This document shows, piece by piece, positions 58,159 through 64,000 of a stretch of 64,000 nt of DNA. Position 1 is the stretch's first letter. The number at the start of each line of letters is the position of its first letter. Under the pieces are notes generated by a model. The model saw nothing but the letters and a program-made list of their open reading frames with translations. It searched no databases and was not told the origin of the DNA. The DNA comes from Planktotalea sp. (GTDB lineage: Bacteria; Pseudomonadota; Alphaproteobacteria; Rhodobacterales; Rhodobacteraceae). Both the position numbers and the translations under genes were made by a program. The DNA is taken from positions 8,155-72,154 of the forward strand of contig NZ_CBFHVK010000016.1 in the NCBI RefSeq assembly GCF_965659345.1. The letters are read 5' to 3'.

Positions 58159-61100
58159 TTGTCTTTCTATACCGCTCTTACGGGCCTTAACGGCGCCCAA
58201 TCAGATATCTCGACAAGCTCGAACAACATTGCAAACGTTGGAACGACTGGCTTTAAAAGATCCCGCGCAGAATTCGGCGACATCTTTGCGACGTCACCGT
58301 TGCAGAACAGTTCATCTTCCATCGGATCCGGTGCAATCCTTAAAGGGGTGAAGCAACAGTTTACACAGGGTAACATTGCTTCGTCTTTGAATGCTTTGGA
58401 TATGGCGATTTCTGGTCAGGGTTTCTTTGCGCTTAAGCCAAGCCAGACGTCGACGCAGGTTGTTTATACACGAAACGGTTCGTTTAACGTTGATAACAAT
58501 CGAAATGTTGTGGATAGCTCTGGTCAGTTCTTGCTGACCTATCCAGTTAACGAAGACGGTTCTGTTACAGCCAAAGACATCGACAGCGCTACGCCTTTGC
58601 GTTTGCCAGTTACGTCTGGTGACCCACAGGCGACAACGAATGTTGATCTTTCGGTCAACCTGCCTGCCAACGCAGATGTTGTGATGGAAAAAGACAAATT
58701 TCGCGACGGATATACCTTTGATCCTGATGATCCCGAGAGCTTCACAAACTCAACATCGTTCACGATCTTCGATGATTTGGGTAACCCGACAATTGCGACG
58801 GTTTATTATATCAAGACTCAAGCAGCGTCGGCTGAGGATCCTACAAACAAGTTTGAAACCCGTCTTGTGATCAATGATGAAGTTGTTGCCCCTGATCTTG
58901 TTCCGGCTTTGAACGACAATGGGAACCAGATTTACATTGACCAATTTGGTAACCAGACAACAACCGTTCCCGACCCGAGTTATTTTGACGCCGGTCGGAG
59001 TGCGCCGCTGTATAAGCTAGATGAATTGCGCACGCGTTTGCCGTCGCAACCGGCAATTCTGACGGGTGAGAAGAGTGGATTTGATTTCGGTGACGAGGGC
59101 ACGCGAGAGATCGAAATTGTCACTGACCCAATGTTATTTGGCGCAACTTATGAAGCTGACGCTGCAAACCAAGGCGTTTATTGGGGAAATGATTTCCTGT
59201 TGGTGAACCTTGATGATGGCACGCGTCCTGTAAGTATTTCGGTACGTCCAGGCAGCTACAATGCTGAAGAACTTGCTGCAGAAGTTGAACGCGCCATTAA
59301 CGAATCCTACGATGACGCGCGTAAAGTTGAAGTGCGCAAAGGTGGCGAAGACACAATAAATATTCAGTTGTACACACCAAGTGCTGATGGCGATGTACCA
59401 GTTGCAAATAGTGTTTCGATTGATTTGCTTGAGCCAAGCTTTGTGTCCACGCAAGCCGGTATCGATGTTGCCAATTTAACGGCACCCAATTTCAAATTGG
59501 ATACGTTTCTTGCGCATGCTCAGGCACGTATCAATGACACTTTGAACGATCAGTTGGGTCAGAACCCTACTGCAGTGCCAAATATTGCGAGCAATCAGTT
59601 TGCGAAAATCACAACAACGGCCAAGCTGGCAGATCCCCCCGAATTGCCACAGTCCTTTGGTTTTGAATACACCACGCGTGATTTGAATGTGACCAGTCTT
59701 GCGAATGGTTCAGACCGTTGGGATATCGACTATTTTGAAGGTGAGTTTTCTGTGAGCTCTATTCAAAATGCTCCAGCGGAAAGTGGCAAAGCGGTTTCGT
59801 TTTCGGTGAACGATCGCGATGTGTTTGTTGCCATTCCTGATGGTGCAACAAGTGAATCCGAAGTTCTGAGCGCGATCAAAGCAGAGGTCGAAAAGCTTTT
59901 CACTGTTTCGACAGGTTCGCCTGAGCTAACGTTTGCAAATAACCAACTTAGTGTTTCAGGGGTTGCTGCAAATGCGCCGCAAACCCTAAATTTCGACGCC
60001 TTTGGAGCATCGCTGAGCGTTGATGTTGGGTCATCTGATACGGATGCGACGATTGCTACAAAGATCAAAGACATGATCGACGCTGCGGGCGTGCGTAATG
60101 TTTCGGTTGAGCAAAGCGGATCTGTTTTGAACATCGTTGGCCCAACTATTGAAAGCGAATCTGGTTCTGCTTCGATATCATTCGCGGTAAGCGAGCAGCG
60201 CTATATGGCGTATACAAACTTCGGAAACCGTCCCGATGTTAAGGTGTTCGACCGACAGAGCGAAGTCGCAAATTCTGGGCAAAGCCCAGCTATTGAATAC
60301 GATGCTGAAGCAGACCGACTGTCTATCACGATGAAGTCTGTCGCAGGGCTAAGCGTGGGTGACAATATCGTTCTTATGGGCGCCGATAATGATGCTGCCG
60401 CGATCAACGGGCGCAGTTATAGGATAACTGCTCTGGATGGGAATACGATCCAGATCGCAACGGGCGATCTGGGGCTGCCGGATGACAATATTGCCATCGA
60501 CGTCAACGAAAATAATCCATTTATCATTTTGTCAGAAGCATCGTCCGATGTTGAGGCCTTCTTTGAAGGTGCTGATTTGCAAGTTGCCGGTTCGGCCCAA
60601 AGTTTTAACAGCCAGCGTATTGTTATGCGCGAGCGTGAAAGTGCCCGTCACTCCTATACAGATGTAAATGTGAACGGGTCGAACAAGTCGATCTTTGGGG
60701 CTTTCGAAGCACAGCTTGGTGTTGATGCGAGCCCGACTGCGTCTGATTTTGGCCTCAGCAACTCTGCGATTGAGCTTGAGTGGGTTGATGAACGCAATCC
60801 TCCGATCAAGATTAAGTATGATGCCGCATCTCAAAGCATTGTGTTTAACATCGATCACACAGCGCTTGGGCCAGGTGGTACAATCAGTGATGTTTCTGCT
60901 GTTCAGATGTTGTCTGGAAACTCTGACAACGTAACGTCGATGAGTGCTGGTGCTTTGAGCAATTCGAGCAAAGTGACGATTACTGCATCGACCAATGTAA
61001 GCGGTACTCCCTTCATCCTAGATGGGGGCCTTGTGAGCACCAGCCCTGACCGATTTGGTGCGAAGGTGAGTTATGATCGTGATACGAGTTCGTTTGCTTT

Positions 61101-62361
61101 TGAAAGCGGAACAACAGGTAAGGCTGTTCGTGCGAACAAGGCGATGGGCGTAGAAACGGATCAAAAAGCCTCCAACATTCAGGTTGGTCGATATGAAATC
61201 GACTCAACCACGGGATTGGCGATTACAGGTGATGGTACGATTGATCTGGCTTCCCGCGTTCTTGCAGATGGCACGAGCCATTTGATGGGTGTTGGTGCAT
61301 CTGTAAGCGTTGGCTTTATGGAAGGGACAGGTTTGAAATCTGAACCGGCCAAGGCAATTGGCGGTCCCGCAAAAGACCCGTTAAACAGTCAGCCCGTGTT
61401 CCTAAACCCGGCGAACTTTGAGACAATCTTCAACGTGTCTGTTAACGGTGTGAACGCGAATATTGAGATCCCGGGTGGAAACTATATCGGCACGACCTTG
61501 GCTGACCTATTGCAGCAACGTATTAACCAAATGCGAGACCCTGAAACGGGCCAAACAATTGGTGGTGTAACGGTTAAGTATCAACCGACTGAGAACAACT
61601 TTGTCTTCACGACTGGTACAACTGGCGATACGTCAACAATCCGTGTCAAAGGACCTGCCAAACTTGGTTTGGATGACGTTCCTTTGAGTGTGGGAAGTGT
61701 CCCAACGATTGCAAAGTTGGTTCAGGCCACGAATGAAAACGGTATCCCGCTTTATGTGAATGAGAACGGCGACATCGTTGATACAGAGCCTGATAACCTG
61801 GTTTCTGACTACTACCCGCTATACTTAGACGAGGGTGAACTGACCTTTGACAAGACCGGTAAACTGGTTAGCCCACAGGGTTTGACACGGTATGAATCCC
61901 AAAGTGATTCATTCTCGATCTCGCTCGATATTGATTTCAGTAGTTCAACGCAGTTGGCAACACCGTTTGCGGTGAACAATCTTGAGCAAAACGGTTTCAC
62001 ATCGGGTCGTTTGGATGGTCTTAACATTGATGCGACGGGTCTGTTGCGTGCCAACTATACAAATGGTCAGAACAAACCGCTTGGTAAGATCGTTCTTGCG
62101 AACTTCAACAACCAGAATGGTTTGAAGCAAGTCGGAAATGCGACGTTTGTTGAAACAGCAACCTCGGGTGAGCCGTTGATTGGTGAAGCCGGTACTGAAG
62201 GTTTCGGTTCTATCCAGTCTGGTGCACTAGAGCGTTCGAACGTGGATATCACGGAAGAACTCGTCAATTTGATTACCGCACAGCGTAACTTCCAGGCGTC
62301 TTCGAAAGCGATTGAAACGTCTACGCAGCTGACCCAGACGATCATCAATATCCGAACGTAA
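58159..62361 (+). CDS. flgE: giant flagellar hook protein FlgE (1400 aa, TTG start)
   Basis: N-terminus MSFYTALTGLNGAQSDISTSSNNIANVGTTGFKRS and C-terminus SNVDITEELVNLITAQRNFQASSKAIETSTQLTQTIINI. Lies between flgD and flgF. AAGGAGAGA precedes the TTG. Confidence 0.85.
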   Translation: MSFYTALTGLNGAQSDISTSSNNIANVGTTGFKRSRAEFGDIFATSPLQNSSSSIGSGAILKGVKQQFTQGNIASSLNALDMAISGQGFFALKPSQTSTQVVYTRNGSFNVDNNRNVVDSSGQFLLTYPVNEDGSVTAKDIDSATPLRLPVTSGDPQATTNVDLSVNLPANADVVMEKDKFRDGYTFDPDDPESFTNSTSFTIFDDLGNPTIATVYYIKTQAASAEDPTNKFETRLVINDEVVAPDLVPALNDNGNQIYIDQFGNQTTTVPDPSYFDAGRSAPLYKLDELRTRLPSQPAILTGEKSGFDFGDEGTREIEIVTDPMLFGATYEADAANQGVYWGNDFLLVNLDDGTRPVSISVRPGSYNAEELAAEVERAINESYDDARKVEVRKGGEDTINIQLYTPSADGDVPVANSVSIDLLEPSFVSTQAGIDVANLTAPNFKLDTFLAHAQARINDTLNDQLGQNPTAVPNIASNQFAKITTTAKLADPPELPQSFGFEYTTRDLNVTSLANGSDRWDIDYFEGEFSVSSIQNAPAESGKAVSFSVNDRDVFVAIPDGATSESEVLSAIKAEVEKLFTVSTGSPELTFANNQLSVSGVAANAPQTLNFDAFGASLSVDVGSSDTDATIATKIKDMIDAAGVRNVSVEQSGSVLNIVGPTIESESGSASISFAVSEQRYMAYTNFGNRPDVKVFDRQSEVANSGQSPAIEYDAEADRLSITMKSVAGLSVGDNIVLMGADNDAAAINGRSYRITALDGNTIQIATGDLGLPDDNIAIDVNENNPFIILSEASSDVEAFFEGADLQVAGSAQSFNSQRIVMRERESARHSYTDVNVNGSNKSIFGAFEAQLGVDASPTASDFGLSNSAIELEWVDERNPPIKIKYDAASQSIVFNIDHTALGPGGTISDVSAVQMLSGNSDNVTSMSAGALSNSSKVTITASTNVSGTPFILDGGLVSTSPDRFGAKVSYDRDTSSFAFESGTTGKAVRANKAMGVETDQKASNIQVGRYEIDSTTGLAITGDGTIDLASRVLADGTSHLMGVGASVSVGFMEGTGLKSEPAKAIGGPAKDPLNSQPVFLNPANFETIFNVSVNGVNANIEIPGGNYIGTTLADLLQQRINQMRDPETGQTIGGVTVKYQPTENNFVFTTGTTGDTSTIRVKGPAKLGLDDVPLSVGSVPTIAKLVQATNENGIPLYVNENGDIVDTEPDNLVSDYYPLYLDEGELTFDKTGKLVSPQGLTRYESQSDSFSISLDIDFSSSTQLATPFAVNNLEQNGFTSGRLDGLNIDATGLLRANYTNGQNKPLGKIVLANFNNQNGLKQVGNATFVETATSGEPLIGEAGTEGFGSIQSGALERSNVDITEELVNLITAQRNFQASSKAIETSTQLTQTIINIRT

Positions 62362-62378
62362 TTTGATGAGTAATGTCG

Positions 62379-62403
62379 AGACCCGCTCGTGTTGAGCGGG
62401 TCT
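62379..62403 (+). terminator. hairpin after flgE (partial terminator or RNA stabiliser)
   Basis: AGACCCGCTC-gtgtt-GAGCGGGTCT, with a weak T tract. Confidence 0.4.
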
Positions 62404-62424
62404 TCATAAAAAGAAAGGTCCAAC

Positions 62425-63186
62425 ATGGATCGTAATATCCACATTGCTCTGAACAGTATGCGAAATATTGGTTCGGAACTGACCGTTAATTCGCAAAACA
62501 TGGCGAACGTAAATGTGCCGGGTTACCGCGCAGATCTTGTAGTTACGCGAGAAGCCCAAGCGGTTCAGTCGTTTGAAGAATTCCGTTCGCGGGTCTTTAG
62601 TCAGCAAGGAAAAGAGTCGCTTTTTTCAGCTGAGCAGGGGGCAATGCAAAACACCGGTGAGCCGATGGATGCGGCGATCCGAGGCGAAGGCTATTTCATG
62701 ATTGCGCCGGCGACTGGTGGTGATCCTGCTTTGTCTCGGCGCGGTGACTTCGGGTTTGATTCAGAACGTTTCATAACAGATGGCGCAGGAAGTCGTTTGT
62801 TAGACACTGAAATGAACCCTATCCAGTTACCCGAAGCGCGACGCATTGTTGTTGAAGAGACTGGACAAATTCAGATCGAATTGTTTGGGACCCCAGAGGG
62901 GACTTTTGTCCCTGGGCCGATCATTGGCACAACGACCGCCGCTGATGTGAGGCTTTCAAAGTCAATTGATGGGCATATCAGACCAGCAAATGGCGACCCG
63001 CTTCCAGCACCAGATCAACGAGCGCGTATTTCACAGGGCTTTTTGGAAAGCAGCAACGTGAACACGATTACTGCGCTTGTCAAAAACATCGAAAGCCAGC
63101 GTAATTTTGAAATGAGCGTTAAGTTTATTTCTTTGGCGCAGGAAATTGACGAAGGCTCCAGCCGTATTATGCGTTTGCCGCAGTGA
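62425..63186 (+). CDS. flgF: flagellar rod protein FlgF
   Basis: NMANVNVPGYRAD...LESSNVNTITALVKNIESQRNFEM. Confidence 0.85.
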   Translation: MDRNIHIALNSMRNIGSELTVNSQNMANVNVPGYRADLVVTREAQAVQSFEEFRSRVFSQQGKESLFSAEQGAMQNTGEPMDAAIRGEGYFMIAPATGGDPALSRRGDFGFDSERFITDGAGSRLLDTEMNPIQLPEARRIVVEETGQIQIELFGTPEGTFVPGPIIGTTTAADVRLSKSIDGHIRPANGDPLPAPDQRARISQGFLESSNVNTITALVKNIESQRNFEMSVKFISLAQEIDEGSSRIMRLPQ

Positions 63187-63217
63187 TTTTGCTTTAGTTT
63201 TCTATCCCGGCTCAGTT

Positions 63218-63233
63218 TGGCACATCAGTTGCA
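63218..63233 (+). promoter_or_regulatory. consensus sigma54 promoter for flgG
   Basis: TGGCAC-ATCAG-TTGCA, 36 nt upstream of the flgG ATG. Confidence 0.75.
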
Positions 63234-63268
63234 TCGTAGTGTTGAACGAATAATTTACGGAGCCGCCA

Positions 63269-64000
63269 ATGTCGTCCAATGCAATGCACGTCGCAAAGAC
63301 GGGCCTAAATGCGCAGCAAACACGCATGCAGGTTATCGCGAACAACTTGTCGAACTTGAATACGGTTGGCTTTAAAAGCGACCGCGTCAATTTCGAAAGT
63401 CTGCTTTATCAAGTCAAACGCGGTGGTGGTGATCAGACATCTGAGGGCACGGAACTCACTTCTGCGCTTGCGCTGGGAACGGGTGTGCGTGCGGTGAATA
63501 CCCAAAAGCTTTATTCCCAAGGCGGCATGGTAAACACGGACAACTCGTTTGACCTTGCGATTGATGGGCAAGGTTTCTTTCAGGTTTTGATGCCGGATGG
63601 ACGTGTCGGGTATACGCGTAACGGTTCTTTCTCGCGCAGTGCTGAAGGTGTTTTGACCACGGCAAGCGGCTATGTTGTTCAGCCAGAAATCCAAATCCCA
63701 GAAGACGCTGTCGAAGTGAATGTGTCACAAGATGGCATTGTTTCAGTGCGAAGTGCGGAGCAAAACGAGGCGCAAGAGGTGGGTCAGCTTACGCTTGCTT
63801 CTTTTGCAAACCCTCGCGGGCTTCAGCCAGTTGGTGAAAGCTTTCTGGTTCAAACGGCGGCAAGTGGTGATCCAACTGTAGCCGCCCCGCAAGCGCAGGG
63901 TATCGGTAAGTTGGTTCAAGGCTCTTTGGAGTCTTCGAATGTGAATGTTGTTCAGCAATTGGTCGAGATGATCGAAACGCAGCGTGCGTATGAGGTGAGT
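63269..64000 (+). CDS. flgG: distal rod protein FlgG (3' end beyond the window)
   Basis: My own translation: MSSNAMHVAKTGLNAQQTRMQVIANNLSNLNTVGFKSDR...LESSNVNVVQQLVEMIETQRAYEV. It is absent from the ORF track because there is no stop codon in the window. Confidence 0.9.
   Translation, partial: MSSNAMHVAKTGLNAQQTRMQVIANNLSNLNTVGFKSDRVNFESLLYQVKRGGGDQTSEGTELTSALALGTGVRAVNTQKLYSQGGMVNTDNSFDLAIDGQGFFQVLMPDGRVGYTRNGSFSRSAEGVLTTASGYVVQPEIQIPEDAVEVNVSQDGIVSVRSAEQNEAQEVGQLTLASFANPRGLQPVGESFLVQTAASGDPTVAAPQAQGIGKLVQGSLESSNVNVVQQLVEMIETQRAYEVS

Overview
This window looks like part of an extrachromosomal replicon (plasmid or chromid) from a Rhodobacterales/Roseobacter-type alphaproteobacterium; the taxon is inferred from gene content. 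It has three blocks.

(1) About 1.8-23.6 kb is a near-complete methylated-amine catabolic island. It carries tmm, gmaS, mgsABC, an Amt-family transporter, dmmDABC, an XRE-cupin regulator, sarcosine-oxidase-like mgdABCD and the TMAO-type ABC transporter tmoXWV. A truncated globin and a cupin DMSP-lyase-like gene precede it.

(2) About 23.7-32.3 kb holds an apparently frameshifted Hint-domain protein and a sensory block. The sensory block is a BLUF-EAL protein, a translationally coupled stand-alone EAL protein and two hybrid histidine kinases.

(3) About 32.9-64 kb is a flagellar gene set. It includes fliC, flgN/M/A, FlgT-like and FlgP-like ring genes, flhA, flhF, fliS, fliD and flgBCDEFG. The set is split by a parA-parB plus DnaA-like replication module and by a tripartite kinase / LuxR response-regulator pair.

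The most unusual observations are:
- a 1400-aa FlgE and an 882-aa flagellin, both built from similar repeated insertion modules;
- consensus sigma54 promoters, including an overlapping divergent pair at flgB;
- an FlhF with degenerate GTPase motifs and no FlhG;
- a perfect 8 x 9-bp in-frame tandem repeat;
- four palindromic parS-like sites;
- iteron-like repeats beside an AT-rich stretch.

I saw no rRNA, tRNA, CRISPR array, transposase or integrase. All functional calls come from reading motifs in the translations, and no database search was run.
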